From assembly GCA_965205015.1 (NCBI GenBank), contig OZ242029.1, forward strand, positions 1 through 64,000: a DNA stretch of 64,000 nt. Reading direction: 5' to 3'. The notes below the pieces were generated by a model that worked only from the letters and a program-made list of their open reading frames with translations, made no database searches and was not told the DNA's origin. Position numbers and translations under genes: made by a program. Shown piece by piece: positions 20,502 through 31,739 of this stretch. Source of the DNA: Candidatus Poribacteria bacterium (GTDB lineage Bacteria; Poribacteria; WGA-4E; WGA-3G). Numbering within the stretch: the first letter of the stretch is position 1; each line of letters opens with the position of its first letter.

Positions 20502-20612
20502 TGGCTGTCGGAAACTGTCGGCTGTCGGCTTGCCTCACAGTGAGAGTTACAAGAGGGTTTGATTAAACGAAAACCTCTTAACTGATAACCGATAACTGAC
20601 AACCGAAAACTA
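20502..20612. repeat. Heptamer-armed palindromic intergenic repeat
   Basis: Left arm (GCTGTCG)n-like, right arm ACTGATA ACCGATA ACTGACA ACCGAAA, inner hairpin AAGAGG..CCTCTT. Confidence 0.75.
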
Positions 20613-21362
20613 TTAAAATGGATTCGGGACAGTCGTGAAATTCTGGTACCGGTCTTCGCCGCGCAGCAGAATCGGTTTCCAAGGACGCTTCAGTGAATTC
20701 TCCTCAGCCTGCCGCACCGATGGGTCTATGTAGCGAATCGTCAAGCCACACCTTCGACGCGTGGAATGGTTCGGTAGACTCCCGTGGATCATCTGTCCGT
20801 GGTGGATGGACATCTCACCGGCTTTTAGCACTAAATCTACGGCGGTCTCCGCCTCCGTCTCAGTGACCGGGACCTCCTGATTGATGCTCAACAAGTTGCC
20901 CGCCTGTTGAGACGTCCCGTGTTCCTTAATACCACGCTGATGGCTCCCGGGGATGACCTGCATGCAGCCGTTACCTATATCGCTGTCGTCTATGGCATAC
21001 CAAGCGGTAATTGCATTCGGCGGTTCAAGCCCCCAATACGTCACGTCTTGATGCCACGCCACGAACTTGTCGCGGGGACCGTACTTGCAGAAGAAGTGGG
21101 TCGCTAACAGCATCACATCGGGACCGATAAGTGCCTCAATGACATCCACGATTTTTGGATGCGTCGCGAGCTCCCAGATAAATTGATAGTCGAAATGCCA
21201 ATCAACGAGACCGATCTCACATTTCTCTTTGCCGACTTCTGCTTCTAACGCATCATAGGCTTGCCGATGGCGCGTTGCTTCAACTTCATCGGAAACATGG
21301 ATACCGGTCAAGAATCCGTCTTCTCGGTAATTTTTAGCGAGTTGTGCATTCGTCGTTTCCAT
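20613..21362 (-). CDS. Phytanoyl-CoA dioxygenase (PhyH) family protein
   Basis: WHQD...IPGSH...IHGS..N...RR; canonical HxD...H triad. Confidence 0.92.
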   Translation of the reverse strand: METTNAQLAKNYREDGFLTGIHVSDEVEATRHRQAYDALEAEVGKEKCEIGLVDWHFDYQFIWELATHPKIVDVIEALIGPDVMLLATHFFCKYGPRDKFVAWHQDVTYWGLEPPNAITAWYAIDDSDIGNGCMQVIPGSHQRGIKEHGTSQQAGNLLSINQEVPVTETEAETAVDLVLKAGEMSIHHGQMIHGSLPNHSTRRRCGLTIRYIDPSVRQAEENSLKRPWKPILLRGEDRYQNFTTVPNPF

Positions 21363-21396
21363 TTTTTAATCATTCCTTGCGGTTCGGTCAGGAGAG

Positions 21397-22284
21397 TTAG
21401 GAAAGTTCCGGAAGTTTGCACTGGCGGAACCATTGTGAACCTTCCGGCGGCGATTCTTCTGGATCTTTCATCGTTTCAAACGTTTTCAAAGCCGGTGATA
21501 CAGTTTCTGCCCATATCTGTTCGACGTGCTCAAAAGTTACAGGCTGGCGTTCAGGAATCTCCTGTTGTTCGTAAGCCGTCAGCAATTCCTGCATCTTTCT
21601 TCCGAGCCATTCGACTTCATCAGCCACCATACGTTCACCAATACGTCGGTCTGACTCAAAAGCATTCGATCCCATCGCAAAATGCGGTCCCTGTGCGTCT
21701 GGTGCAGGCATCCGCGACATATCAACACAGTCCGGCTCCAACGCCCATAGCAGTGAGGTCTCAACTCTACCGGCATGATCTCCTCCGTTCCCCTGCTGAT
21801 CGAACCCCGGCGTGTTTGCCTCGAAATCGGGAAGCCCGTAGAGGCGCATCGCGAAGTGCGGTTGAATTAGGGATAGGAGGGTCTTGAGGTCCTGCCAATT
21901 CGGTCCGTAGTGTCCCGTGAGAAAGATCGCGGCGTGGAATCCAAGGGCATCGGCGGCGCGGACATGATAGCAGACGTTTTTGAAGTGTTGCCACGCCGGC
22001 ATCGCAGTGAGCCAACTGCGAACTTCCCCAACATTCCGATATGCCCAGTTCGCATACATGCCGTGTTCATGGATATGCCAATAATCGGGAGGCGCGACGA
22101 TACCGCCGTGGGTTTGCGCTGCACGACAAGCGATTGCATGTGCTTTGAGTGCATCCAGCCCTACAGTATTCTGCGGACCGTGCGGTTCACAGAGTCCATA
22201 AGTGAAATAGACAGCAGGACAGTCGTTGAACGCAGCTTCTAATTGATCCGGGAACATCCGTTCCCAACGTACCTCTTTTGGCAT
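21397..22284 (-). CDS. Creatininase family protein
   Basis: GLCEPHG...GLD, TGHYG, DHAGRVETS. Confidence 0.85.
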   Translation of the reverse strand: MPKEVRWERMFPDQLEAAFNDCPAVYFTYGLCEPHGPQNTVGLDALKAHAIACRAAQTHGGIVAPPDYWHIHEHGMYANWAYRNVGEVRSWLTAMPAWQHFKNVCYHVRAADALGFHAAIFLTGHYGPNWQDLKTLLSLIQPHFAMRLYGLPDFEANTPGFDQQGNGGDHAGRVETSLLWALEPDCVDMSRMPAPDAQGPHFAMGSNAFESDRRIGERMVADEVEWLGRKMQELLTAYEQQEIPERQPVTFEHVEQIWAETVSPALKTFETMKDPEESPPEGSQWFRQCKLPELS

Positions 22285-22301
22285 TCGTATTTCCTCTTAA
22301 A

Positions 22302-22418
22302 TGGTCATCGGTTATCGGGACTTGGTTGCAAGGATGGAAGGGAGGAAGGTTGGTCCCCATTTTTCCAGTCCTCCTATCTTCCATTCCGGTCTCTTTCTGA
22401 CAACCGATAACTGACAAC
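22302..22418. repeat. Heptamer-armed palindromic repeat with GGAAGG/CCTTCC inner arms
   Basis: GGTCATC GGTTATC ... GGATGGAAGGGAGGAAGG ... CTTCCATTCC ... CTGACAA CCGATAA CTGACAA. Confidence 0.75.
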
Positions 22419-23278
22419 TAATATCCCATATTGAGCGTTTGGCAGATTTTCTTGGCACCTGTAAGACGGGGTTGTAATTCAAATGCCATTTTCAAAACCG
22501 TCCGTGCCTCCGGGAACCGCTCAATTTCAACGTAGAACTCCGCAATTTTTTTATACATCCATGCAGTCTCGCGTTTCGAGAGTTTCAATTCACGGATTTT
22601 TGTTAACGGAATTGGGTGCGTTTGGTCGTAACCCTCGACACTGAAATGGTAGAGGTAAATGAACTTGAGGCGATCTTTGACTTCTCGGATAAAGTGTCTG
22701 AAGCAGGGACGCTTTGCTTCGGCAGACAACAGAGATTCATAAATTAGCATTGCCTGCTCAATCTTTCGGTACCGATCAAGAACGGAAGACGGGTCGCCAT
22801 TGGAAAACCCGAGTTTCTGATATGCTTCGGCGACAAGAAATTCACAATCCCGACTCTCTTCGTAACTAAGGAAGTCGTCAATGCGCAACTCCTTCCCAAT
22901 CTTCTGAGAGTGGTGCTGCAGCTGCTCATACATGGAAACCCCGGTTTCATAATTGTGATGGAGCAACGCTTGCAACAGCAATTCCAACTTGGCGTAGGTC
23001 TGGTTGAGTCTATTCAGCCTGTCAAGATAGACTTCATGGGACCTCTGCTGCCGTTCGATCGTCCGTAGCGTCCGATCATAGTCAGATTTCCGTTTTTTGT
23101 CTTGGAGCGTGTTATAAGCACTACAGACTTCGCGGAACATCTTCTCCGCAAAAGCGGTCCGCTCCGGATTTTTATCGGGATGGTAACGTTTTGCGAGGTT
23201 CCGATAGGCTCTCTTTATTTCCTGAGCGGTGGCATCCCGCCCGACTTCTAAGATTTGATAGTAATCTGGAATCTGCAT
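22418..23278 (-). CDS. DnaJ (J-domain) protein with helical/TPR-like C-terminus
   Basis: DYYQILEV...AYRNLAKRYHPDKN. Confidence 0.88.
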   Translation of the reverse strand: MQIPDYYQILEVGRDATAQEIKRAYRNLAKRYHPDKNPERTAFAEKMFREVCSAYNTLQDKKRKSDYDRTLRTIERQQRSHEVYLDRLNRLNQTYAKLELLLQALLHHNYETGVSMYEQLQHHSQKIGKELRIDDFLSYEESRDCEFLVAEAYQKLGFSNGDPSSVLDRYRKIEQAMLIYESLLSAEAKRPCFRHFIREVKDRLKFIYLYHFSVEGYDQTHPIPLTKIRELKLSKRETAWMYKKIAEFYVEIERFPEARTVLKMAFELQPRLTGAKKICQTLNMGY

Positions 23279-23467
23279 TATGGATACGACATTTTTGATA
23301 GATACAGTATTATAATTCCATAGATTCCAGAATTTGTCAAGCGGAAATTGAGGGATTTAGAGTTATGTACGGTACAGCTTATAATTACCCACACGGTGTG
23401 AAGGGACGAGGTAGAGCCACCTCACCAACGAAAGCTGCTTCTGCTCCGTAGCGATCGGGAGATGGTT

Positions 23468-26400
23468 CTACAATACCTCGCGTAAGAAACGGGCAGTATG
23501 GGATTCCTGTACCGACGCTACCTCTTCTGGTGTACCCATCGCAACGACTTCGCCGCCATCTTTACTACCTTCAGGTCCCAAGTCGATGATCCAGTCTGCA
23601 GATTTGATAACGTCGATATTATGCTCGACAGCGATAATCGTGTTGCCCGCATCGACGAGTCGGTTCAGCACTTTGAGAAGTTTCTGGATATCGTCGAAAT
23701 GGAGCCCTGTCGTCGGCTCGTCCATGATATAGAGCGTTGAACCCGTTTGACGACGCGCTAATTCCTTCGCAAGTTTGACACGCTGTGCCTCACCGCCGGA
23801 GAGCGTCGTCGCGGGCTGACCTAATTCAATGTACCCCAAACCGACATCTGCTAACATCTGGAGGGTCCGACAGATGCGTGGATGTTCGCTGAAGAATACG
23901 AGTGCCTCATCTACCGTCATATTTAAGACCTCAGCGATATTTTTGTCGTTGTAACGGATTTCAAGGGTCTCCAAACTATAGCCGGTGCTATTACACGTCT
24001 CACACGGCATCCATACATCAGGGAGGAAATGCATCTCAACGCGATTGAAACGATGCCCCTCACAGACATGACACTGTCCCGAGGCAAGGTTGAAACTGAA
24101 CCTGCCCATACTATACCCACGCATTTTGGCATCGTGTTGCTCAGCGAAAAGTTCACGGATTTTCGTGAAGAGGTCTGTATAGGTTGCTGGATTCGAGCGC
24201 GGCGTTTCTCCGATCGCCTTCTGGTCTACATTGATGAGACGCTTGATATAACTAACACCGCGGATGCTGTCATACGCCGGTAGCCCGTAATCGTTATATA
24301 TCGGTTCTCGGTCATTGCCACCGAGAAAGTGAGTATAGCGACGATCTTCGGCATTGTTCGTTTTGATAGAACTACGACTTTCAAGGGCAGGTTTTAGGGT
24401 ACCTTCAACGAGCGAACTCTTTCCACACCCTGAAACCCCAGTTACACAAGTGAGCGTTCCGAGTGGAATCTTGACATCAATGTCTTTGAGATTATTCGTT
24501 TTTGCCCCGAATATTGCCAACTGTTTGCCTATGCCTTCACGCCGAGTTTCCGGAACAGGAATCTCCACCTCATTGGAAAGATAGGCTTGCGTCACTGATT
24601 GCTGATCGCTGACCGCTGATCCCTGAAAGGTATCCGGTGTGCCGATAGCGACAATCTCACCCCCGCCTTTGCCGGCTTGGGGACCGAAATCAATCACATG
24701 ATCGGCGGCTAATATCGTATCGCGGTCGTGTTCAACAACGAGGACACTGTTGCCGATATCACGGAGTTCCTTGAGTGCAGCAATCAGGCGTTCCTGGTCA
24801 CGGGGATGTAAACCGATGCTCGGTTCGTCAAGAATATAGGTTACGCCAGTGAGACCGCTACCGAGTTGGCTTGCGAGTTGGATTCTACGCATTTCACCAC
24901 CGGAAAGCGTCGGCGCCCCGCGGTCTAACGCCAGATAGCCGAGACCAATATCTTCCAAGAACTGGAGTCGCGTCCGAATTTGGTGTAGGACTTCAGCTTC
25001 AAATTCAGGTGAAGTATGAATGTGAAGTGCCGGATGTGTCGCTCTTGAGGTTGACACTCCTTTCGTGCCCGGGAGATCACTCTCACCGTTTTGTGCGTCG
25101 TCAGCGACTTGGACTTCAATCTGTTTCAGACGTGTGTTGAAGAATTCAACAATCTCGGTAATCGACAATGCCATCAATTCAGAGACGGTTATATTCTCGA
25201 ATCTGACGCAACTCGGAAAGGGTTTCAATCGTGTACCGTGGCATTGGTTGCAAGCATTATAGGGTGGATGCATGCTCCTTCCGCGCCCATCACAGAAATC
25301 GCACGCCCCGATTTTGTTGTTAAAAGAGAAGTGGCGCGGCGTCAATTGCCCGAAGTTATTGCCACAAGAACGACACATCGCATGTTCACTAAGGAAATGC
25401 CGTCCCGTTGTTTGTCCGCGTTCCCTTTTCTCGATGAGTACGAACCCACCACTTTGAAGGAGTGCTAACTCCACCGCCTCCGTAAAGCGGCTTTTTTCTT
25501 CATCCACAAGTTCCACACGGTCGATGACGATAAAAATTTCATGGTGAATACCTCTACTCAGTTTTGGTGTTTCATCAAGTCGGTGAATTTCGCCGTCAAT
25601 TTGAACGCGCACAAACCCTGCTCGTTGCAATCGCCGAAACACATCGGCATACTCCTCGTTCCCTTTCAAACCGAACGCCGATTCACCCGCATTCACGTCA
25701 ACAATTTTACCCCTCGACACGCCTTCTTCACCTTCCGGAAGCAGCAAGAAGTTCGTGAGCGGTGCGAGGACATCCACCCGTTGTTCGCGAAGGATCTCAA
25801 AAACCTGCTCCGTTATCTCCTCAGCAGTCTGCGGCTGGACTTCCACTTGGCAATCGGGACAGTAGGGTTTGCCCCATCTGGCGTAGAGCGTGCGGAGTCC
25901 ATCGTGTATCTCCGTAATCGTCGCGACAGTGGACCTTGGGTTCTGCCCAGCATTGGCATGCGAAATAGCAATCGCGGGGGAAAGTCCGTCAATCTTTGAG
26001 ACCTTCGGCTTTTCCATTTGTCCTATAAACTGACGGGCGTAAGTACTGAGCGTTTCAATATAGCGGCGCTGCCCCTCGGCGTACACCGTATCAAGGGCAA
26101 GCGATGTCTTACCGGAACCGCTCACACCGGTCAATGCAGTCATTTTTCGGTGCGGAATATCGATGTCAATATTTTTGAGATTATTTTCCGTAGCGCCCCG
26201 CACAGCAATGTATTGGCTCTCGGCTGTCAGCCTTCGGCTCTCAGCATTTGGATGGAAGGGTGGAAGGGTGAAAGCCCCCTCTTTCCGTTCTTCCATCCTT
26301 CCAATCTCTTGCTGACTGCTGATCACTGACTGCTGACCGCTATTCTGCCAGATATCAAAATCACCCCGGAGTGCCCGCCCGGTATAAGACTCAGGCATCC

Positions 26401-29257
26401 CTGCGATCTGTTCAGGGGTCCCTACAGCAACGATAGTGCCACCCTCAACGCCGCCTTCGGGTCCTAAATCAATGAGATAATCTGCGGAGTTGACGACTTC
26501 CAGATTATGCTCAACAACGACAACCGTATTACCGTCGTCTACGAGTCGATGCAGTATCGTCAACAGTTTATTTACATCATCAAAGTGCAAGCCGGTTGTG
26601 GGTTCATCAAGGATATAGAGCGTTTTACCCGTACCGCGTTTGGAGAGTTCCCGCGAGAGTTTGATACGTTGCGCTTCACCACCTGAAAGCGTGGGAGCGG
26701 GTTGGCCGAGTTTAATATAATCCAACCCCACATCGTGGAGCAGTTTCAACCCTCTTGCGACCTTCGGAATATCGGCGAAATGTTCAAGGGCAGTATCAAT
26801 ATCCATTTCAAGGACTTCAGAGATGTTTTTCCCCTTGTATTTAATGGTAAGCGTCTCGCTGTTGAAGCGTTTACCTTCGCACACCTCACACTCCACCCAA
26901 ACATCAGAGAGCAGTCCCATATCAACTTTTTTCGCCCCGTTCCCGTTACACGCTTCACATCTGCCGCCAGCGACGTTGAAACTAAACCGTCCGGGTTTAT
27001 AGCCTCGCAACTTCGCATCAGGCAACCCCGCATAGAGTGCGCGAATATTGTCAAAGACCTTTGTATAGGTTGCTGCGTTAGAACGCGGCGTGCGTCCGAT
27101 AGGTGCCATGTCGATGTTGATAATTTTGTCAATGACCTCAGAGACTGGAACGTTTTTCCCTTCGATGACACCCTGAATATCGTCGTAATCCCCGGGCACA
27201 GTCTTTGCCTTCATGAGGTCGCGGGCGAGGGCACTGTAGAGAATATCGTGAATTAAGGAACTCTTTCCTGACCCACTCACACCTGTTACACAACAGAGCG
27301 TACCCAGCGGTATTTTAGGGCTGATCCCTTGGAGATTGTTTTGACGTGCGTTACAGATTTGTACCCACCTATCCCCTATCGAACGGCGGGATTCCGGCTG
27401 CACGATCACCTTATCGCCTCGGAGATATTGCGCCGTGAGTGTATTGCTCTCCTCCATGAACTGTGCTGGCGTGCCGATATCCGTTATCTGTCCACCCTTA
27501 ATACCTGCGCCTGGACCGAAATCAACAATCAGGTCAGCCAGCAACATCGTCGCCTCATCGTGTTCAACGACGATAACAGTGTTGCCCTGATCTCGCAAGT
27601 TTAAGAGGGTCATAAGCAAACCGGCGTGGTCGCGGGCGTGTAAACCGATACTCGGTTCATCAAGAACGTAGGTGACATCCCGTAACCCCGCGCCCACCTG
27701 ACTCGCAAGGCGAATACGCTGTGCTTCGCCGCCAGAGAGCGTCGGCGCAGGACGTGCGAGCGTCAAGTATCCCAAACCTACATCCATAAGAAATCCGAGC
27801 CGTCCTCGAATCTCTTTTAAGAGTTCCGAGGCGATGAACGTCTCCCGCTCTGGAAGTTCCAACTCACCGAAGAATTGGGCTGCGTCCTGAATGGACATTT
27901 CAAGGACATCCGTTATGGAGGTATCGCCTATCGTCACGGCTTTTACCCACGGGTTCAGTCGAGTACCATCACAGGTCCTGCAGGACATTTTGACGAAATA
28001 GTCGGGATAGGTGTCCTCATCCGTTTCATCGTCATCTTCAAAGCGGTACCGCTGTTCTTCAGTTGGAATAACTCCGTGAAAATGGACCCGATACTGCCGT
28101 TTTTGATTTCGCCCTCTGTGTCTACCTGTACTGGGGGGAGTAATCGTAAGAATATCATCACCAGTGCCGTAGAGAATGGCATGTTGTTGTTCCGATGTGA
28201 GGTATTTCCAAGGGGTTTTAATATCAAATCCGAGGTGTTTTGCGAGCGCTTCAGCGATTACTTTTTCCTTGACGGTATTTCGTGTATTCAGAGGTCCCCA
28301 CAGATTTATGGCACCTTGCATGATGGAAAGGGTATCATCCGGAACGATCAACTTTGGCAAGATTCCCATTTCTACGCCTAAACCCCGACAATTCTCGCAC
28401 ATTCCATCGGGGTTGTTGAAAGAGAAGTGTCGAGGTTCCGGTTTGACGAAACTGATCCGGCAGTGCGCGCAGGTGTAATCTTCGCTAAACAGCAGGTCGT
28501 CGTCCTCGGACGCAAACGGAGATACCTCGCCCTCAATGGGAATCACGTGAACAAGGAGACTTCCGTCCCCACGCATGAGAGCAGTCTCCACGGCTTGGGC
28601 GACGCGAGCTTCAATGCCGTCTTTGATAACAATCCGGTCAATGACGACATCGATGTCATGACGTTGATTGGGATTCAAGGTGAGACCCGGTCGGAGCTCG
28701 TAAATCTCACCGTCGATTCGCAACCTCGCGAAACCCGCTTTGCGCAAATCTTCAAGTTCTCTTTCGTGTGCGCCGCGGGACCCCCTGAGAATGGGGGCTA
28801 AAATGATAAGTCTGGTGCGTTCTGGATAGTCAATCAAAGCTTGGACGATATCCGCGGGAGTCTGTGAACCGACTTCACGTCCGCATTCGGGACAGTGGAA
28901 TTGTCCTACGCGGGCATAAAGCACACGGAGATAGTCGTAGACCTCGGTCACAGTTGCCACCGTGGAACGCGGGTTATGTCCCGTTGAACCCTGATCAATG
29001 GCGATAGATGGCGATAGCCCAACAATCTCGTCTACATCCGGTTTGCCGAGCTGCCCTAAAAATTGCCGAGCATACGCCGACAAAGACTCGATATATCGTC
29101 GTTGCCCTTCGGCGTAAACGGTATCAATTGCCATCGAAGACTTACCCGAACCACTCACACCCGTGAAGACGATGAGTTTGTCTTTCGGAAGTTGGACATC
29201 AATATTTCTTAGATTGTGCTCGCGCGCACCCTGCACGAGAATCGATTCTTCCATCAT
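23468..29257 (-). CDS. uvrA: Excinuclease ABC subunit A, tandem-duplicated (two UvrA units fused, ~1930 aa)
   Basis: Four Walker A motifs ([17 protein letters not shown]), four LSGGE signatures, Zn fingers; two complete UvrA modules. Confidence 0.95.
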   Translation of the reverse strand: MMEESILVQGAREHNLRNIDVQLPKDKLIVFTGVSGSGKSSMAIDTVYAEGQRRYIESLSAYARQFLGQLGKPDVDEIVGLSPSIAIDQGSTGHNPRSTVATVTEVYDYLRVLYARVGQFHCPECGREVGSQTPADIVQALIDYPERTRLIILAPILRGSRGAHERELEDLRKAGFARLRIDGEIYELRPGLTLNPNQRHDIDVVIDRIVIKDGIEARVAQAVETALMRGDGSLLVHVIPIEGEVSPFASEDDDLLFSEDYTCAHCRISFVKPEPRHFSFNNPDGMCENCRGLGVEMGILPKLIVPDDTLSIMQGAINLWGPLNTRNTVKEKVIAEALAKHLGFDIKTPWKYLTSEQQHAILYGTGDDILTITPPSTGRHRGRNQKRQYRVHFHGVIPTEEQRYRFEDDDETDEDTYPDYFVKMSCRTCDGTRLNPWVKAVTIGDTSITDVLEMSIQDAAQFFGELELPERETFIASELLKEIRGRLGFLMDVGLGYLTLARPAPTLSGGEAQRIRLASQVGAGLRDVTYVLDEPSIGLHARDHAGLLMTLLNLRDQGNTVIVVEHDEATMLLADLIVDFGPGAGIKGGQITDIGTPAQFMEESNTLTAQYLRGDKVIVQPESRRSIGDRWVQICNARQNNLQGISPKIPLGTLCCVTGVSGSGKSSLIHDILYSALARDLMKAKTVPGDYDDIQGVIEGKNVPVSEVIDKIINIDMAPIGRTPRSNAATYTKVFDNIRALYAGLPDAKLRGYKPGRFSFNVAGGRCEACNGNGAKKVDMGLLSDVWVECEVCEGKRFNSETLTIKYKGKNISEVLEMDIDTALEHFADIPKVARGLKLLHDVGLDYIKLGQPAPTLSGGEAQRIKLSRELSKRGTGKTLYILDEPTTGLHFDDVNKLLTILHRLVDDGNTVVVVEHNLEVVNSADYLIDLGPEGGVEGGTIVAVGTPEQIAGMPESYTGRALRGDFDIWQNSGQQSVISSQQEIGRMEERKEGAFTLPPFHPNAESRRLTAESQYIAVRGATENNLKNIDIDIPHRKMTALTGVSGSGKTSLALDTVYAEGQRRYIETLSTYARQFIGQMEKPKVSKIDGLSPAIAISHANAGQNPRSTVATITEIHDGLRTLYARWGKPYCPDCQVEVQPQTAEEITEQVFEILREQRVDVLAPLTNFLLLPEGEEGVSRGKIVDVNAGESAFGLKGNEEYADVFRRLQRAGFVRVQIDGEIHRLDETPKLSRGIHHEIFIVIDRVELVDEEKSRFTEAVELALLQSGGFVLIEKRERGQTTGRHFLSEHAMCRSCGNNFGQLTPRHFSFNNKIGACDFCDGRGRSMHPPYNACNQCHGTRLKPFPSCVRFENITVSELMALSITEIVEFFNTRLKQIEVQVADDAQNGESDLPGTKGVSTSRATHPALHIHTSPEFEAEVLHQIRTRLQFLEDIGLGYLALDRGAPTLSGGEMRRIQLASQLGSGLTGVTYILDEPSIGLHPRDQERLIAALKELRDIGNSVLVVEHDRDTILAADHVIDFGPQAGKGGGEIVAIGTPDTFQGSAVSDQQSVTQAYLSNEVEIPVPETRREGIGKQLAIFGAKTNNLKDIDVKIPLGTLTCVTGVSGCGKSSLVEGTLKPALESRSSIKTNNAEDRRYTHFLGGNDREPIYNDYGLPAYDSIRGVSYIKRLINVDQKAIGETPRSNPATYTDLFTKIRELFAEQHDAKMRGYSMGRFSFNLASGQCHVCEGHRFNRVEMHFLPDVWMPCETCNSTGYSLETLEIRYNDKNIAEVLNMTVDEALVFFSEHPRICRTLQMLADVGLGYIELGQPATTLSGGEAQRVKLAKELARRQTGSTLYIMDEPTTGLHFDDIQKLLKVLNRLVDAGNTIIAVEHNIDVIKSADWIIDLGPEGSKDGGEVVAMGTPEEVASVQESHTARFLREVL
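26214..26342. repeat. Heptamer-armed palindromic repeat inserted in-frame in the uvrA inter-module linker
   Basis: Same architecture as the intergenic copies at 22302 and 51436; translated as [23 protein letters not shown]...[11 protein letters not shown]. Confidence 0.8.
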
Positions 29258-29347
29258 TGTATGATTTCCTACGGCGTCGCTATTACGGGTCAAGGGTTCA
29301 TGAAGAAATAAGCCCAGTTGGACAAAGTCCTCTTTAACTGATAACGA

Positions 29348-30265
29348 TTACATATCTGAAAAACCGCCCAACTCTTTGAGTTTGCGCGGATCTTTGCGCC
29401 AATTGGCTTTAACTGTCACGTAGAGTTCTAAAAAGACGCGGGTGTCTAAGAATTTCTCAATATCAATGCGTGCAAGTTCGCCGACCCGTTTAATCAACTT
29501 GCCGCCCTTACCGATGATAATTTGCTTTTGTGTCTGGCGTTCTGCATAAACGATGGCTCGGATATAGATGATTTCATCTGACGTCTGCGTCCGGCGTTTT
29601 TCAAATTCTTCAACAACGACAGCAGAGGCGTAAGGGATTTCACGTTGGGTCATGAGCATAATCTTTTCACGAACGGTCTCAGCGATGAAGAAGCGTTCAG
29701 GAAGGTCGCTAAGTTGGTCTTCTGGAAAATAGCGGGGTCCCAGCGGTAGGTAAGCTTCAATCTGCTCAAGAAGGAGCGGCACACCATCGGAAGTTAATGC
29801 GGAGATAGGTATCATGTGTGTGAACGCAAACTTCTGGCTGTAGTCCTCAAAAATAGGGAGTAAGGTTGGCTTTGCAACGAGATCTACCTTATTGAGAACC
29901 AAAATAACTGTGGATTCGGCACGCTTGAGACGTTTTAGGACCCTCTCTTCAATCTTAGGGTCTGGGCGCGTTACATCAATCACAAAAAGGACGACATCGG
30001 CGTCTCCCAGAGCCCCATACGCGGTTTTGACCATCTCGCTTTGTAAGCGGTACTTGGGATTCATCAGCCCGGGTGTATCGACAAAAATAATTTGATGGGT
30101 GTCGGTGGTGACAATCCCGCGAATCTGATTCCGAGTCGTTTGTGGTTTCGGGGTGACGATAGCGAGTTTCTGCCCTAAAATGGTATTGAGCAGGGTGGAT
30201 TTACCGACGTTAGGTGCGCCGATAATGCTAACGTACCCGGATTTGAAGCTTTGATTTTCGTCCAT
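29348..30265 (-). CDS. era: GTPase Era
   Basis: GAPNVGKST, PQTTR, DTPG, NKVD, IIGKGG KH domain. Confidence 0.96.
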   Translation of the reverse strand: MDENQSFKSGYVSIIGAPNVGKSTLLNTILGQKLAIVTPKPQTTRNQIRGIVTTDTHQIIFVDTPGLMNPKYRLQSEMVKTAYGALGDADVVLFVIDVTRPDPKIEERVLKRLKRAESTVILVLNKVDLVAKPTLLPIFEDYSQKFAFTHMIPISALTSDGVPLLLEQIEAYLPLGPRYFPEDQLSDLPERFFIAETVREKIMLMTQREIPYASAVVVEEFEKRRTQTSDEIIYIRAIVYAERQTQKQIIIGKGGKLIKRVGELARIDIEKFLDTRVFLELYVTVKANWRKDPRKLKELGGFSDM

Positions 30266-30379
30266 AATTCTCAAAGATAAATGGATATTGCGTTATATCT
30301 GGGTCGCGGAAGGTGCTGATATAGGGTCTTAACGCACATAAGCAAAACCCCATCTTTTACACTCATAAACTTAATATAT

Positions 30380-30408
30380 ATTATACCAAATCGGGTAACC
30401 AAAATCAA
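30380..30408 (-). promoter_or_regulatory. sigma70-like promoter upstream of era
   Basis: TTGATT-17-TATAAT with TGn on the minus strand. Confidence 0.6.
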
Positions 30409-30417
30409 GGAAAAGTT

Positions 30418-31044
30418 TTAGGAATTTAAAGAGGCGTTCTGCTCTTCAATTTGATGCAATGCCTCGCTAATGTAGCGACGAATCCATTCGCTGTCGGTAG
30501 TTTCTGCCAATGCGTTGAGCGCGGAAATGGCTTGTGGATTACCGATCCTGCCTAAAGCGACGACAGCGGCGGAACAGACGGCTCTGTCGGTGTCCCAGAT
30601 GCTGCTCATGAGTGCCTTTATGATCTGGACAGGTGGGTTTGAAACCCTCTCTTCGTCGAGTCCTAATTCGCCAAGCGCAACAACAGTGGCGCATCGCATG
30701 TCAACTTCTTCGTCTTGTAAAAACGGGATGAGAACCGCAACCGCGCGTTCATCACGAATTTTCCCGAGGGAGGAAATAGCGAAACGACGAACGGTCGAAT
30801 TGCTATCACTTAAGGCGTTGATGAGCGGCGCGACGGCATGAACATCGCCGACACCTCCTAATCCTTCAGCGGCATAAGCCCGCATTTCGGAGGATTCCGA
30901 TTGTAGTTTTCGGAGCAATACGTGCGTTGGAATATACCGCCAATTCCTGACAGGACCGTCTCGATGTGAGAGCAACTTGATGAATTTTCGGACTTTTTGC
31001 TGCAGGGACAAATTTGAAGCAGCGTCTACAGTTTCGCGCGTCAT
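30418..31044 (-). CDS. HEAT/PBS-lyase repeat protein
   Basis: Repeated VR..A..ALG.IG...AV..LI..L.D units. Confidence 0.9.
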   Translation of the reverse strand: MTRETVDAASNLSLQQKVRKFIKLLSHRDGPVRNWRYIPTHVLLRKLQSESSEMRAYAAEGLGGVGDVHAVAPLINALSDSNSTVRRFAISSLGKIRDERAVAVLIPFLQDEEVDMRCATVVALGELGLDEERVSNPPVQIIKALMSSIWDTDRAVCSAAVVALGRIGNPQAISALNALAETTDSEWIRRYISEALHQIEEQNASLNS

Positions 31045-31107
31045 AGTGCCACCTCGCTCACTTTGGCAACTTAAAATTCGCCAAAGAATTCGTTTCGCGA
31101 TACCAAA

Positions 31108-31363
31108 TTAAGACTTAATCAGTCTCTCATATTCGTCGTGTCTACCGATCCAAACCCAAGTAAAGTCGCTCCCATCTTTAAGCGCGGAGTGCTCTATGAT
31201 CTTGTCCTACGCGCGCTGACCAATAGTTCCCAACTTTTTTAAAGTGGAGGGACAAGTGCCGCGGGTTTTCTAAGAGCAGACGAAAATTCTCTCTTGCAAC
31301 CCTTTGAACGGGTTCTGGGAGATGCTCAAAATATCTCCAAAAACGCGGCGTCGTTCTGTGCAC
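31108..31363 (-). pseudogene. RelE/HigB-like toxin, frameshifted
   Basis: HRTTPRFW...PRHLSLHFKKVG.YWSARVG.DHRAL then one extra base at ~31186; WVWIGRHDEYERLI continues in the next frame to a stop at 31108. Confidence 0.8.
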
Positions 31364-31573
31364 CTAAAGATCCTCAAGCTTCTTAAGTGTCCCTTTTTCC
31401 TTCGCCTCACGAGCTTCCGCAATTAAAAAATCCAGCTTGCCTGCGTTTGAATCCTCTTCAATCTGCCGATCGCATTCGTCCCACTCTAACTCGTTGAACC
31501 ATTGTCCCAATTGTTGGTAGTCGGTTTTAGAAAGAGCCAGAATATCTTCTTGGATTTTTGCAATGTTTGGCAC
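31364..31573 (-). CDS. Putative antitoxin
   Basis: Small acidic ORF abutting the toxin; WDECDRQIEEDSNAGKLDFL. Confidence 0.75.
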   Translation of the reverse strand: MPNIAKIQEDILALSKTDYQQLGQWFNELEWDECDRQIEEDSNAGKLDFLIAEAREAKEKGTLKKLEDL

Positions 31574-31739
31574 CGTGTTTTCTCCTTTGTCAGGGTGTCA
31601 CCTTACAGATACGAAGTAAAGGCTGAGCAAGATAATTATACCATAGAGTGGGTCGAAGGCGCAATTTTTTTAACCACGCTTGCGTCGGACATGCCGTCAA
31701 AAACCGCGATAGTGGCACGTCAGATAGATTCAGACCAAA

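Noticed and set aside
20494-20538. N-terminal extension of solA (MRQADSRQFPTANKK)
   Set aside because: Derived from heptamer repeat sequence; ATG 20493 fits the family start
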